DNA of 64,000 bases from Limnothrix sp. BL-A-16 (GTDB lineage: Bacteria; Cyanobacteriota; Cyanobacteriia; CACIAM-69d): assembly GCA_041937175.2 (NCBI GenBank), contig CP166615.1, forward strand, positions 1,664,001-1,728,000, read 5' to 3'. Shown piece by piece: positions 44,983-56,558 of the stretch; position 1 is the first letter of the stretch; each line of letters opens with the position of its first letter. Made by a program: the position numbers and the translations under genes. Below the pieces are notes generated by a model. It was given only the letters and a program-made list of their open reading frames with translations, was not told the DNA's origin and did no database searches.

Positions 44983-45717
44983 TTAGGACTCAGAGGCGGC
45001 CTGGTCGTTGTCCTCAGACGCTACCACAGGCTCACCGGGAGCGGCAACTTTCACCATGGCATGGCGCAACACCCGATCGCCCAACAGATAACCATCCTGC
45101 AACTGCTCCAGCACCGTGCCTTCCGGGTGCTCATTGGACGGCTCCCGCATCACCGCCTCATGCAGATTCGGGTCAAATTCTTGGCCTTCGGGGCGCATTT
45201 TCACCACCCCTAGCCGCTTCAGGCTGTCCACCAATTGGCGATAGATGCCTTGATAGCTCTTGTGCAGATTCAATTCCCCATCGGTTTGGGGCTTGATGAA
45301 CGATCGGGCCCGCTCAAAGTTATCAATAACGGACAACAGCTCGCGGATCGTATCGCAGCGAATCCGCAACTCCAATTCCTCGCGCTCTTTGGCGGTGCGG
45401 CGGCGGAAGTTCTCAAAGTCAGCCGTTAAACGCATGTGCTGGCTGGTGCGATCGTCCAGTTGCCCCTTCAAGCCCTCAATTTCCCGCAACAAATCCGCCA
45501 CCTGTGGCCCATGGGTTCCTTCGGCTGCCGGTTCTTCCAACTCAGACAAGTCCAGGTCATCCAGGGTGGCCGGTGCTTCCTCGGTGGCGCTGGTTTCGGG
45601 GGTAGCGGCTTCGGTGGGCGGGGTTTCGGTGGCCGGGGTTTCGACTGCCGCTTCGGGGGCCGGGGCATTCACCGAGGCATTGTCTTCCGCCAGGTTTTCT
45701 TCAGGGCTGTAGGTCAT
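44983..45717 (-). CDS. grpE: Nucleotide exchange factor GrpE
   Basis: ADFENFRRR, FDPNLHEAV, GYLLGDRVLRHAMVKV. Confidence 0.96.
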   Translation of the reverse strand: MTYSPEENLAEDNASVNAPAPEAAVETPATETPPTEAATPETSATEEAPATLDDLDLSELEEPAAEGTHGPQVADLLREIEGLKGQLDDRTSQHMRLTADFENFRRRTAKEREELELRIRCDTIRELLSVIDNFERARSFIKPQTDGELNLHKSYQGIYRQLVDSLKRLGVVKMRPEGQEFDPNLHEAVMREPSNEHPEGTVLEQLQDGYLLGDRVLRHAMVKVAAPGEPVVASEDNDQAASES

Positions 45718-46373
45718 TGGTTCCTCGCTAGCAGTGATCACAGTTGAGTTTTTGTTGAGTTCTTGTTGAGTTTTGACAATCAACAGTCCAACAACGGTCA
45801 AATTTCCTGACCTGTGCAAATTGGCCAAATCGGGGCGATCACCCGTGGGTAGACCTCACCACTCCAGTGCTCGCTGGAGTGCAGATGGCCCATCACCCAC
45901 TTGTCCCGCAGGGCTGCCCGGACAGTGACCCGCACAGGCTCAACCTATGTTAGAACGCCACCCGACCGAATCGAACATTTCCCGCCCTGGCCCCTGCCTC
46001 CGATGCGAGCTTTCCCGAGACCTTTAGCTTAGGATTGATTTGGTTTTGATCCATTGGCTTTGCCTGACCCGCCAACCAACCCTGAAACCGGCCCGAGAAC
46101 AGGCTCGAAACCATGGCCCAAAACTCAAAACCATGGTCCAAAAACCAATCAGTGTCAATGCCTTCTATTTCTAAGGATCCAGCTTCAGGATCCAGCTTCG
46201 ATCCTGAAGCTGCATGGCTGTGGGCTGTTGTTTTAGGGAGGTAGACCGGGGTATACCTTGGTCATGCTGGAGCTGAGTTAGACCCTGTAGCTGAATTGAT
46301 TGCCCGTCCGTTTCGCTTCTCGCGCCCGATCGCCCGATCGATGCGCCTTCGATCCCGCTAGGTGTCACCTGCT

Positions 46374-48404
46374 ATGACAAACTCCATAAACCGGCGCGCC
46401 CTGGTTGTCCAAAGCAATTTTTCGCCCTTCGGTAACAAACTTGTGCAGTCGGGCTATGTGGATCCCGACCAAATGAGCCGCGCTTTGGCTGAACACCGCC
46501 AGTCGGGCCGGCCGCTGATGGAAGTGCTGGCAGCGATCGCCGGCAAAGAAGTGCCACCGGAATTGGTGCGCCAGTACAAAAAGCAACTGCTGTTTGAACT
46601 CAAAATTCTCCACGGGGTTGAGGCGATCGACCCGGAAATTGAAGAGGTGTCCGCAGCCCAGGTGGAGCAATGCATTGAAACCCTGATTCCGGTGGATGTT
46701 TGCCGTCGCTATCGGTTGCTGCCCCTGGGGCGGGCCCAACGGGGCGACTCGCCGGCCATGATGGTGGCCATGGCTGACCCGGACAACCTGGACGCGCTGG
46801 ACGATTTGAATCGCATCCTGCGGCCCCAAAACCTGGCCCTGATTCGGCGGGTGATTGCCCCCGAAGATTACCAGGCGATCATTAGCCAATACCTAGACGA
46901 AGCGGCTCGCAAGTCCCAACAGGCTTCCCGCCAAACTTCCGCCGCCGTCAGTTTCGATGAGTCGGATTTGCAGAACCTCGAAGCCATGCAAATGGAAGAG
47001 GCTTCCGACGAATTGGAGACGGACGACCTGGCCAGCTCCATGAACGATGCGGAGTCGGGGCCGATCGTCAACCTGGTGAATAAGGTCTTGATTAAGGCCC
47101 TGCAAGACGGCGTTTCGGATATTCACGTGGAACCCCAAGAGGAAGAAATGCGGATTCGGTTCCGCAAAGATGGGGTGCTGCAAGAGGTGTTCCGGCTCCC
47201 GAAAAAGGTGGTTCCGGCCGTAACTTCCCGGTTCAAGATCATTTCCAACCTGGACATTGCCGAACGACGGGACACCCAGGATGGGCGGATTCGCCGGGTC
47301 TTTGAAGGGCGGAAAGTGGACTTTCGGGTCAATGTGCTGCCCAGTCGCTACGGCGAAAAGATCGTGTTGCGGATTTTGGATAACTCCTCAACACAACTGG
47401 GGCTGGATAAGCTGATTGGTCGGCCAGAATCGTTGCAGTTGGTGCGGGAGATGGCCAGCCGCCCCTTTGGGTTGATTTTGGTGACGGGGCCGACGGGTTC
47501 CGGGAAGTCCACCACGCTCTATTCAATTTTGGCGGAACGGAACGACCCGGGCATCAACATCAGTACCGCTGAAGACCCGATCGAATATGCCTTGCCCGGG
47601 ATTACCCAGGTGCAGGTGATTCGGGAGAAGGGGCTGGACTTTTCGCGGATCCTGCGAGCATTCCTGCGCCAAGACCCGGATGTGATTCTGGTGGGTGAGA
47701 CGCGGGACAAGGAAACAGCCAAAACAGCGATCGAGGCGGCCCTCACGGGTCACTTGGTGTTAACCACCCTGCACACCAACGACGCATCCGGGGCGATCGC
47801 CCGTTTGGATGAAATGGGCGTGGAGCCTTTCATGGTGGCGGGGGCCCTGTTGGGCGTGGTGGCCCAGCGGCTGATGCGGCGCGTGTGTAGCGAATGCCGC
47901 GTTCCCTACACCCCCACTCCCGAAGAGTTGGCCCGCTATGGCATGAGCGCCAACCAAGAATCCCATCTGACCTTCTACAAAGCCAATGTGGTGTCGCCCG
48001 ATGAGCGCAAGGCCCTGGGCGAAATGGGCAAACTTTGTCCCAAGTGTGGCGGTGTGGGCTACAAGGGCCGTTGCGGGGTTTATGAGGTGTTGCAAGTGAC
48101 GGAAACCTTGCAAAATCTGATTACCCAAGGGGCCCCGACCGATCGCATCAAAGAAGCCGCCGTTGAAGAAGGGATGGTCACTCTGTTGGCCTACAGTTTG
48201 GATCTGGTGCGGGAAGGGCTGACCACCTTTGAGGAGGTGGAACGGGTCACCTTCACCGACACCGGGCTAGAAGCAGAACTGAAGGCCAAACGCAAGAGCG
48301 CCCTCACCTGTCGCACCTGCGCGGCAGAACTCCAGCCAGATTGGATGGACTGTCCCTATTGCCTCACGCCTCGGTTTGAAGAGCCGTTGGTGACTGGTCG
48401 CTAG
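46374..48404 (+). CDS. pilB: Type IV pilus assembly ATPase PilB
   Basis: SDIHVEP, GPTGSGKST, LRQDPDVILVGETRD, C-terminal CxxC...CxxC. Confidence 0.95.
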   Translation: MTNSINRRALVVQSNFSPFGNKLVQSGYVDPDQMSRALAEHRQSGRPLMEVLAAIAGKEVPPELVRQYKKQLLFELKILHGVEAIDPEIEEVSAAQVEQCIETLIPVDVCRRYRLLPLGRAQRGDSPAMMVAMADPDNLDALDDLNRILRPQNLALIRRVIAPEDYQAIISQYLDEAARKSQQASRQTSAAVSFDESDLQNLEAMQMEEASDELETDDLASSMNDAESGPIVNLVNKVLIKALQDGVSDIHVEPQEEEMRIRFRKDGVLQEVFRLPKKVVPAVTSRFKIISNLDIAERRDTQDGRIRRVFEGRKVDFRVNVLPSRYGEKIVLRILDNSSTQLGLDKLIGRPESLQLVREMASRPFGLILVTGPTGSGKSTTLYSILAERNDPGINISTAEDPIEYALPGITQVQVIREKGLDFSRILRAFLRQDPDVILVGETRDKETAKTAIEAALTGHLVLTTLHTNDASGAIARLDEMGVEPFMVAGALLGVVAQRLMRRVCSECRVPYTPTPEELARYGMSANQESHLTFYKANVVSPDERKALGEMGKLCPKCGGVGYKGRCGVYEVLQVTETLQNLITQGAPTDRIKEAAVEEGMVTLLAYSLDLVREGLTTFEEVERVTFTDTGLEAELKAKRKSALTCRTCAAELQPDWMDCPYCLTPRFEEPLVTGR

Positions 48405-48685
48405 CTTTTGGCGATCGCCCATGAATGGCGTGCAGGTGGGCAGGGCATCCAGTCTTGATACGATCGCCCACACAATTGGGCATCCTCAGGCCAAATTCAT
48501 GGCTGAACTCACGGCTAACCGTATCCCCAGTTCCGATGGTTCGCGCTGGTTTGCCCCGTTTAGACTCTTCAAACCCCGCCAGCCTTTCGGGTTCTTCAAG
48601 CGTTGTGATTGCGATCGAACCCCATTCGATCAAACCCTCATTCAACCCCTATTCGACCTAACCTCACTCGACAGGAGTAGCGACC

Positions 48686-49774
48686 ATGCCACTGGATTAC
48701 ATGATCGAAGACGTGATGGAATCGCTGATCGAACAAGGCGGCTCCGACATGCATATCCAAGCCGGTGCGCCCATCTATTTTCGGATTAGCGGCAAACTGA
48801 CCCCCCAACCGCAATTTGGCGAAGTCCTCGACTCCCAGGACTGCCAAAAGCTGATTTTCAGTATGCTCAACAACAACCAGCGGAAAGACCTGGAGCAAAA
48901 CTGGGAATTGGACTGCGCCTATGGGGTGAAGGGCCTGTCGCGGTTTCGGGTGAATGTCTATCGCGAGCGGGGCTGCTGGGCCGCCTGTTTGCGGGCCCTG
49001 GCTTCCCAAATTCCCAACTTTGAAAAACTCGGTTTGCCCCAGGTGCTGCTGGAGATGGCGGAGCGGCCCCGGGGCATGGTGCTGATCACGGGACAAACGG
49101 GATCCGGCAAAACCACCACCCTGGCCGCCTGCCTGGACTACATCAACCGCACCCGCGCGGAGCATGTCCTAACGGTGGAAGACCCGATCGAGTATGTGTT
49201 CCCGAACATGAAAAGCCTGTTCCACCAGCGGCAAAAGGGCGAAGACACCAAGAGTTTTGCCAACGCCCTAAAGGCAGCGCTGCGGGAAGACCCGGATATC
49301 ATCCTGGTGGGGGAAATGCGGGACTTGGAAACCATTTCCTTGGCCATCTCCGCCGCTGAAACCGGTCACTTGGTTTTCGGAACCCTGCACACCAACTCCG
49401 CCGCCGGGACGATCGACCGGATTTTGGACGTGTTTCCCCCCATCCAACAGCCCCAAGTCCGAGCCCAGATGGCCAACTCCCTCGTGGGGGTTTGCTCACA
49501 AAACTTGGTCAAGAAAGTTGGGGGCGGTCGCTGTGCAGCACACGAAATTATGCTGAATACCCCCGCTGTGGCGAACCTGATTCGGGAGGGCAAAACCTCG
49601 CAAATCTATTCCACCATTCAAATGGGTGGTAAGCAGGGGATGCAAACCATGGAATCTTGCCTGGCCAAGCTGTACCAAGAAAACAAGATCACCTACGAAG
49701 ATGCCCTGGGTAAAAGCTCCAAACCCGACGAGCTACAGCGGTTGCTGGGGGGCAAGGTCGGCGCTGGTCGCTAG
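48686..49774 (+). CDS. pilT: Type IV pilus retraction ATPase PilT
   Basis: GQTGSGKTT, ALREDPDIILVGEMRD, AVANLIRE, GMQTM. Confidence 0.96.
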   Translation: MPLDYMIEDVMESLIEQGGSDMHIQAGAPIYFRISGKLTPQPQFGEVLDSQDCQKLIFSMLNNNQRKDLEQNWELDCAYGVKGLSRFRVNVYRERGCWAACLRALASQIPNFEKLGLPQVLLEMAERPRGMVLITGQTGSGKTTTLAACLDYINRTRAEHVLTVEDPIEYVFPNMKSLFHQRQKGEDTKSFANALKAALREDPDIILVGEMRDLETISLAISAAETGHLVFGTLHTNSAAGTIDRILDVFPPIQQPQVRAQMANSLVGVCSQNLVKKVGGGRCAAHEIMLNTPAVANLIREGKTSQIYSTIQMGGKQGMQTMESCLAKLYQENKITYEDALGKSSKPDELQRLLGGKVGAGR

Positions 49775-49986
49775 GAACGCCGCATCACTGCGACATCACT
49801 AATGCGACACAACCGATCGGGTGGATAACCGATCGACCCATGGCAACGGACGGGGCGCGATCGCTCGGTAAACCCCCAGGGCGATCGCCCCCATCCCCAG
49901 CCCGATTGCCTCCCACCCCTGCCGCCACCCCTGGCCACAGACCCTCGACAGAATTCTTAGGACTCACGTAGTTTGAGCAGCGCCCT

Positions 49987-51246
49987 ATGGCTAAATTCAT
50001 CGCCACCATCGCTGGCCCCGACGGCAAAGGCAAGCGCGAAGTTGTTGAAGCAGAAAGCATCAACGGGGCGCGTAATAAACTGATTGCCGCTGGGTTTAGC
50101 CAAGCCCAAATCCGCGATCTCAAGGAACAGAAAAGCGGCCTAGACATTGACCTCGCTAGCCTCACGGCCAGCGTGACCGTAAAGGATTTGGCTGTGTTTT
50201 CTCGGCAATTTTCCGCCATGTTCAATGCGGGCATTGCCATGGTGAAATGTTTGGATATTTTGAGCAATCAATGTGAAAATCCCAAACTGAAAAAAGCCCT
50301 ATTTAAAATCAATGCTGATGTGCAAGAAGGGGAAACCCTGTCTTCTTCGCTGAAACGACACGGCGACATCTTCAGTAAGCTCTATTGCGCCATGGTGGAA
50401 GCGGGTGAAATTGGGGGGGTGCTCGATGAAGTGCTCACCCGACTGGCAACCCTGCTGGAAAATGCCGCCCGGCTACAAAACCAAATTAAGTCCGCCATGT
50501 CCTATCCCTCAACGGTGGGATCTTTGGCGGTCATTATCTTTTTGGGAATGACCATTTTCCTGCTGCCAACCTTTACGGGAATTTTCGATAAGTTGGGAGC
50601 TGAATTGCCGGCGTTCACGCAAATCATGATTAATATCAGTGAATTTTTGCGTGGCCCCACCTTCCCCGACGATGATCCCAAGGGGCGCAAGAATTTCTAT
50701 GTGGTGTTTTTGGTCATTGCTTTGGTTGCCGGCAAAGTTGTCTATGACCTGTGGTATAAAACACCGGCTGGCAAGCGCCAAATGGATGCCGTTTTTCTGA
50801 AGTTGCCGATTTTTGGAGACATCATTCAGAAAAGCTCGGTGGCTAGTTTTTGCCGCACCTTTGGAACGTTGACGCGATCGGGTGTGCCGATTATTCAAGC
50901 CCTCGAAATTTGTAAAGATACCGCCGATAACCAGGTGGTTTCGGATGCGGTGGCTTCCTCCATTACCGAAATTCAAGGTGGGGGAACAATCAGTGCGGCG
51001 ATCGAGCGATATAAAGTCTTCCCGGCCATGGCCATTCAGATGATGATGATTGGTGAGGAAACCGGGGAACTCGACAAAATGTTGATGAAGGTGGCGGACT
51101 TCTATGAAGATGAAGTGGAGCAAGCGATCAAGGGTCTAACCAGTATGTTGGAGCCGTTGATGATTGTGGTGATTGGGGGGATGGTTGGTTCGATTCTGTT
51201 GGCGATGTATTTGCCCATCTTTGCGGTAATGGATGCGATTAAGTAG
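49987..51246 (+). CDS. pilC: Type IV pilus platform protein PilC
   Basis: AGEIGGVLDEVL, IKSAMSYP, GEETGELDKML; pilBTC synteny. Confidence 0.95.
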   Translation: MAKFIATIAGPDGKGKREVVEAESINGARNKLIAAGFSQAQIRDLKEQKSGLDIDLASLTASVTVKDLAVFSRQFSAMFNAGIAMVKCLDILSNQCENPKLKKALFKINADVQEGETLSSSLKRHGDIFSKLYCAMVEAGEIGGVLDEVLTRLATLLENAARLQNQIKSAMSYPSTVGSLAVIIFLGMTIFLLPTFTGIFDKLGAELPAFTQIMINISEFLRGPTFPDDDPKGRKNFYVVFLVIALVAGKVVYDLWYKTPAGKRQMDAVFLKLPIFGDIIQKSSVASFCRTFGTLTRSGVPIIQALEICKDTADNQVVSDAVASSITEIQGGGTISAAIERYKVFPAMAIQMMMIGEETGELDKMLMKVADFYEDEVEQAIKGLTSMLEPLMIVVIGGMVGSILLAMYLPIFAVMDAIK

Positions 51247-51647
51247 TGCTGCAAGGCAATGCTATTAACCATCAAAACTCCAAATACAGCCTTTACCTAA
51301 AAAAGTTGGCACACTACATCGCAAATGCCATGAGGCAATGATTCGGTGGGCAATGTCCATCCTAACGGGCTACTGTGCTTAGTAAGCGAGGTAAGGGCTG
51401 TATCAACCAGCAAAACCCCAAGGCAAAGCGGTCGATCATCAAAACTTCAGGCGGATTTCTTTCGGGCAAATTCTTCTAGCAGATGGTTCTTGCGACTGGG
51501 TAGGTTAGAGACATGACTAATGGAGTCTGTTGAGTTGATCAATGACAAGCTAACGAAGTTAGCTTTTTTTACTTCTCAAACATTTCAAACATTCTCTAAC
51601 CTTCAACCCAGCGATCTAACACCGGTTAGCTACATTGGATGCGACCA

Positions 51648-53780
51648 CTACTTAGACACAGCCCACGATCGCACCTTACCAAGAGTGACTGGCATTCGAT
51701 CACTCACATCAATCGTGAATCGAAAAATCCGCTTGGCTCGCCGTCCATTGTCAGGGTCAAAAAACTTCAATTTTACGTCCCAGCACTCGCTGCCATAGCG
51801 ACAGAATGGACTTTTCTCAACTTCAATATCTGCTAACTCCATTCCCTGGGCTACAGCCTCTGAAAAAGTCTGGACAGCTTGGAAGGCATTTGTTGTTGCA
51901 AAGTTCAGTGCCCGATCGCGCGCCAATTGTCCCAAGTTTCGCAGGTCATAGTAAACCCGATTAAGAAAACTAGTCAGTGATCGTCGCATTCGACTCTCAT
52001 CAGCAACTGCTTGATTGGCACTAACCGTCTGCAAGGCCGATTCCACCAATGAATTGACTTTCCAGCCATACATTCCACGCGGACTATTAACCTTCAAAAT
52101 TGGTACTTCCTGACCAGAAAAGAGGCGCACCGTTTCGTTGATCACAATTCCCGGTATACTGACTCGCTCGATATAGTTATCATCATCCTCCGCTAATACT
52201 TGCCCACCCAGCAAGTAGGTCAAAATCTCATAGATCTCTGCCCCAAAAGCTCCTACGGGTTGAATGGCATACACCGGAGTTAGCTCTAGATTAAGTGTCC
52301 AAATCAGTGATTTTGCTTCAAAGAGATTTTCGTCCAGATAGTCCACCATTTGACGGGCATCATAGGGATTGGCAGGAATCTGGACATTCCCTACCGTAGC
52401 GGCCGGCATAAATTGTTTAAAGGTGTCACGCCGGGCCTCAGTGCCAAAATCATATCCAATCGTCCCAAGGGTGTAAGCCAAGTTGGAGCGAGGGCTAGTG
52501 GTGGCAGCAGAAGGCGTGATCGGGGTGGCCGAAATCACATTCGTTGTTGCATTGGCTGTGGTCGCTGCGGATTGAACAGCCGCAGCGACCACTAATTGCT
52601 CCTCCGGCGAAGCGATCGCAGTTTTAGGACTAGGTTCAGAAACTACGGTTAGATGAGATTGGTTATTAACGCCTAAATAGCCTTGGTCAATACCAGTTTC
52701 CGGAGCAATAATTTCCACCCCTGAGTCATCATCCACAGGGCGATTGCTCACCTCAGCCTTCGTCTGCTGGTATTGCAACGGTGTGCCCATAATTAACTCA
52801 TAGGCTCCGGCAATGTTAATTCTGCCCAGTAAGCACCGTTCTGGCTCTTCCGTCGTTTCCGGGTCGCAGGGAATAGCACTATTGAGCAAGGCTGCCCGCA
52901 CCGCTTCTGCATCGGGAGCCAAACCCTGTTCCAATTGCAAACTCATCAGGAGGGCGGCTGTTCCTGTAATGATCGGGGCAGCACAGCTCGTACCTTTTTG
53001 GCGGATGGGGATATCGGTACCCGGTAGCGCACCAAGAACATTTTCGCCAGGGGCTAAAATGCCTTGGCTGGCGTATTTACCGCCAAAGTTACTGAACTTA
53101 AATGGTTCGCCCGTATCTTTCATCGCACCGACCGTCAGCACATGATCGAGGACGGCCGGAATACACCAACATTCACCCTTATCGTTACCGCCTGGGGCAA
53201 TGACTAAAATATTATTTTCCTGCGCTTGTTTAATAGCTTTTTCAATAAATTCGTGGGCGATACCACTTTGGGTAGGATGGCAAGCGGCACAGTGAATAAT
53301 GTTAACGTCCTGCTCGATCGCGGTGCTAATAGCTCGAGATAGATTCAAAGGATTGATGAAATCTTCCCCATTAACCGCAATAGGAATATTAATTACTGTT
53401 GCCCTAGGAGCAATACCTTCGACAGGAGAGCCGGGTTGACCGCAAATGGTGCTGATGATGTGGGCAGCATGACTCTGTAGGTGAATACTTCGGCGAATGT
53501 TTTCATCGGGGATAGCCGCTTCCATTAGCTTCCCCGATTCCTCCTCACTGAGACCTGCTGCTTTGGCATGGAGGTCAATTTCAACAAAGGCTTGAATATC
53601 AGCTGGGTCGATTTCAAATGATTCGATCCAGTAGGGATCAATTCGAGTTAGATTTCCCCCTTGAAAGCAAGCCCGATCAAGATCAACCTTCCCATCAAGC
53701 ACAGCAATTTTGATGCGCGGATCGCCAAGGGTACGCGATCGCAAGGCAGACATTCCAGAAATATCGGCTAGATTCGGCAT
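51648..53780 (-). CDS. Cyanobactin C-terminal protease/macrocyclase (PatG-type, no oxidase domain) with DUF C-terminus
   Basis: IAVLDG, helical insertion before SHAAH, KGTSCAAP; C-terminal GYDFGTEARRDTFKQ...FTIDVSDRMPVTLG. Confidence 0.93.
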   Translation of the reverse strand: MPNLADISGMSALRSRTLGDPRIKIAVLDGKVDLDRACFQGGNLTRIDPYWIESFEIDPADIQAFVEIDLHAKAAGLSEEESGKLMEAAIPDENIRRSIHLQSHAAHIISTICGQPGSPVEGIAPRATVINIPIAVNGEDFINPLNLSRAISTAIEQDVNIIHCAACHPTQSGIAHEFIEKAIKQAQENNILVIAPGGNDKGECWCIPAVLDHVLTVGAMKDTGEPFKFSNFGGKYASQGILAPGENVLGALPGTDIPIRQKGTSCAAPIITGTAALLMSLQLEQGLAPDAEAVRAALLNSAIPCDPETTEEPERCLLGRINIAGAYELIMGTPLQYQQTKAEVSNRPVDDDSGVEIIAPETGIDQGYLGVNNQSHLTVVSEPSPKTAIASPEEQLVVAAAVQSAATTANATTNVISATPITPSAATTSPRSNLAYTLGTIGYDFGTEARRDTFKQFMPAATVGNVQIPANPYDARQMVDYLDENLFEAKSLIWTLNLELTPVYAIQPVGAFGAEIYEILTYLLGGQVLAEDDDNYIERVSIPGIVINETVRLFSGQEVPILKVNSPRGMYGWKVNSLVESALQTVSANQAVADESRMRRSLTSFLNRVYYDLRNLGQLARDRALNFATTNAFQAVQTFSEAVAQGMELADIEVEKSPFCRYGSECWDVKLKFFDPDNGRRAKRIFRFTIDVSDRMPVTLGKVRSWAVSK

Positions 53781-53964
53781 AATTTTAAGAACTTTATGAA
53801 CAATGCATCAATTACGCACGCATCAATTGCGATTAACCCGTGGGAAGTCAATCGCATTGCTTGCTGTCCAACTGCAACTATTGGGAGTTGATCCTGAAGC
53901 TTGTGGGCTACCTGGCGGCAGTGGCTTTGATTCGACTTAGCAGCCCATGCTTAGTCGCAAATGG

Positions 53965-54180
53965 TTAGCACCAGATTCGGCCGCGCCGAAACGGTTTTTC
54001 GTTCTTTGGGCGCTGGTAGACTTGGTAAAACGTGCGCCAACGACCGTAATCCTCCAAGCCGGTTGTCAAGGGTTGTGGTTCCTTCTTGGTTTTGGGTTCT
54101 GAGGATTGATCGTTGGTTTCAGCCGACTCTGTTTCGGCCACTTGCTCGGCTGATTTTTTTGATTTTTTATCGTTTGCCAT
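53965..54180 (-). CDS. Cyanobactin PatC/TruC family protein
   Basis: TTGLEDYGRWR...KPFRRGRIWC. Confidence 0.88.
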   Translation of the reverse strand: MANDKKSKKSAEQVAETESAETNDQSSEPKTKKEPQPLTTGLEDYGRWRTFYQVYQRPKNEKPFRRGRIWC

Positions 54181-54244
54181 GGTGTTGTCTCCCGAAGATC
54201 ACCGATTGCTGTGGCGAGTTTGTCGCATATCTAGACGACTTGAT

Positions 54245-54451
54245 CTAGTAAGAACGCCCTTGTCCTGACATTTTCAAGTAGCCATAGGCCGGATATTGAA
54301 ACTGAGCCGGATCGTTGTAATTAGCGCCGTGCATGATGTCCATGCGAATGCTCAACAGGTCTTCACCACCACCATGAAGGACATCCACACAGTCATGGAT
54401 GTGGACGAAATGAGGGCGTTTGACTGGGGGAGATTGTTTAGGAAGTGCCAT
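54245..54451 (-). CDS. Cyanobactin PatB/AcyB family protein
   Basis: LPKQSPPVKRPHFV...DLLSIRMDIMHGANYNDP. Confidence 0.9.
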   Translation of the reverse strand: MALPKQSPPVKRPHFVHIHDCVDVLHGGGEDLLSIRMDIMHGANYNDPAQFQYPAYGYLKMSGQGRSY

Positions 54452-54562
54452 CGGAGTTGCCAGAATGATTGTGATGGGACGTGGCGAGAAATGAGATGGG
54501 CAGGCATCCTCTTCACTCCTCGCCTCTAGTTCTTGATGTTTTTTGTGGCTGCGCGGTTGCCC

Positions 54563-56545
54563 TTAGTAAGGCGACGACCAGGAACGCACCTCGCCCAGGG
54601 TGACAGGAATGAGGTCGCTCACATCAATCGTAAAACGGAAGACCTTCTTGGCGCGGCGGCTGTTTTCCGGATCAAAGAACTTCAGTTGCACGTCCCAACA
54701 ATCGCTGTCCATCCGACAGAAGGGACTCTTGGACACATTGATGCTGTCCAGTTCCATCCCCGCGCCAACGGCTTCCGAGAAGGTTTGGGCGGCTTGGAAC
54801 GCATTGGTGGCAGCGAAGTTGAGAGCGCGGTCTTGGGAGGTTTGGCCCAAGTTGCGGAGATCGTAATAAATTCGATTCAGGAAGCTGCTGAGCGTGCGGC
54901 GCATTTGGCTTTCATTGCCGTCCTGTTCGGTACCCACGGCTTCTAGGGCGGTATCTACCAGGGTGTTGACGTGCCAGCCGTACATCCCACGTGGGCTTTG
55001 GGGTTCGATGACGGGGACGACTTGACCAGAGAACAGACGCACGGTGCGACCCGTAATCAGGCCGGGAATGCTGACCCGCTCAATGTAGTCTGGGCTGTCT
55101 TCAGCTTCGACCTGACCTGCCAAGAGGCCTTGGAGGACAGCATAGACTTCACGGGAGAAGGAACCCGTAGGCTCAATTGCATAAATCGGGGTCAATTCCA
55201 GGTTCAGCGTCCAAATCAGCGATTTGGTTTCTGATAGGTTTTCCCCTAGGTAATCGACCATTTGCCGCGCATCGTAGGGGTTGGCGGGAATCTGCGTTCC
55301 TTCAATGGCGTAGGGTGGCATGAGTTGTTTGAAGGTGTCGCGGCGGGCTTCGCTGCCGAAGTCGTAACCGAGAGTACCGATCGCGTAAACCATGCCATTA
55401 GCGGGTTCAGCAGCTTGGCTGGGGGTGATGGGGGCGCTGGTGGTTTCGGGCATAGGGGTTCCTGATGAAGTAATGGCGTTAACAGGGGTTTCGATCGCAC
55501 TGACCGTTACCAGGGCGGGTTGGCGCTCCTGTGGGGGAGAAACAATTTCTTCTGCTTCTTCCACGGGCGGGGAGGAACCGCCGCAACTGCAACCGGAGGC
55601 TTCTATCAGTGCGGTTTCTAAGCTTTGATCTTGGTCGTCAGACATACTGACTCCTATTAATTTTTCTCCGGTTAACTTTTGAACAGCCCCAGGAATATTC
55701 AGAACACCGACCAAACATTTGCGATCGTGTTCGGTGTCGGCAAGGGGACAAGGCAGAGCGGTTGCGAGGATGGCATCCCGCACCGCTTGGGGGTTAGGGT
55801 CGTCGCCCCGTTGCACCTGAAGGCTCAGCAGCAGGGCAGCCACACCCGAGATAATGGGAGCGGCAAAGCTAGTGCCACTGAGCCGAATGATGCCACCACC
55901 GGGACTAGCGCCGGGGATGTTCTCACCGGGGGCGAGAATGCCTTGGCTTTGGTAGGTTTCTCCCCAGTTGCTGAAATCTAGGGGATGACCTCTGGCATCC
56001 ATTGCACCAACCGCGAGGACGGCGGGTAGGGCGGCGGGGACATTCAGGCAGTCGCAACCATCGTTTCCGGCGGCGGCAACGATGAGGATGTTGCGTTCTT
56101 TGCAGGTTTGCACGGCGCGATCGAGCCAGTCTTCTGCTTCGCCAATATCGGTGAGAGCACCACCGCTGATGTTGATGATGTGCGCTCCGGCTTCGGCGGC
56201 TTGTTCTATGGCGCGGGCGAGATCCAGTTGGGAGAGTTTGCGGTTGTCGTCGGAGAAGACGGGGGCGAGGATGCCGCGACAGTGGGGGGCGAGTCCGGGA
56301 ACTTCGGTGTTGGGCTGCCCGAAAATCAGGCTGGCAATGTGGGTGCCGTGGGTGGACATGGCCCCGGTGGTGGCTTTGCCCAGGGCGAGGGTGGGGAGGC
56401 GGCTGAGGGTGGCACCAGCAAAGCAGGGATGGTCGGTATCGACAATGCCATCGAGGACGGCGACACGAATATCGGAAGAGCCTTGGGTGCGGGTTTGTAA
56501 GCTCAGAAGACCAGGAATTAATTCTTTCGCCAAACTCTGACTCAT
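54563..56545 (-). CDS. Cyanobactin N-terminal leader protease (PatA-type subtilisin) with DUF C-terminus
   Basis: VAVLDG, HGTHIAS, AAAGNDG, SGTSFAAP catalytic motifs; C-terminal domain paralogous to that of G. Confidence 0.94.
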   Translation of the reverse strand: MSQSLAKELIPGLLSLQTRTQGSSDIRVAVLDGIVDTDHPCFAGATLSRLPTLALGKATTGAMSTHGTHIASLIFGQPNTEVPGLAPHCRGILAPVFSDDNRKLSQLDLARAIEQAAEAGAHIINISGGALTDIGEAEDWLDRAVQTCKERNILIVAAAGNDGCDCLNVPAALPAVLAVGAMDARGHPLDFSNWGETYQSQGILAPGENIPGASPGGGIIRLSGTSFAAPIISGVAALLLSLQVQRGDDPNPQAVRDAILATALPCPLADTEHDRKCLVGVLNIPGAVQKLTGEKLIGVSMSDDQDQSLETALIEASGCSCGGSSPPVEEAEEIVSPPQERQPALVTVSAIETPVNAITSSGTPMPETTSAPITPSQAAEPANGMVYAIGTLGYDFGSEARRDTFKQLMPPYAIEGTQIPANPYDARQMVDYLGENLSETKSLIWTLNLELTPIYAIEPTGSFSREVYAVLQGLLAGQVEAEDSPDYIERVSIPGLITGRTVRLFSGQVVPVIEPQSPRGMYGWHVNTLVDTALEAVGTEQDGNESQMRRTLSSFLNRIYYDLRNLGQTSQDRALNFAATNAFQAAQTFSEAVGAGMELDSINVSKSPFCRMDSDCWDVQLKFFDPENSRRAKKVFRFTIDVSDLIPVTLGEVRSWSSPY

Positions 56546-56558
56546 AACTTCAGTGAGA

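Noticed and set aside
45860..45882. CACTCCAG-N6-CTGGAGTG hairpin upstream of grpE as a CIRCE element
   Set aside because: Does not fit TTAGCACTC-N9-GAGTGCTAA in spacing or flanks.
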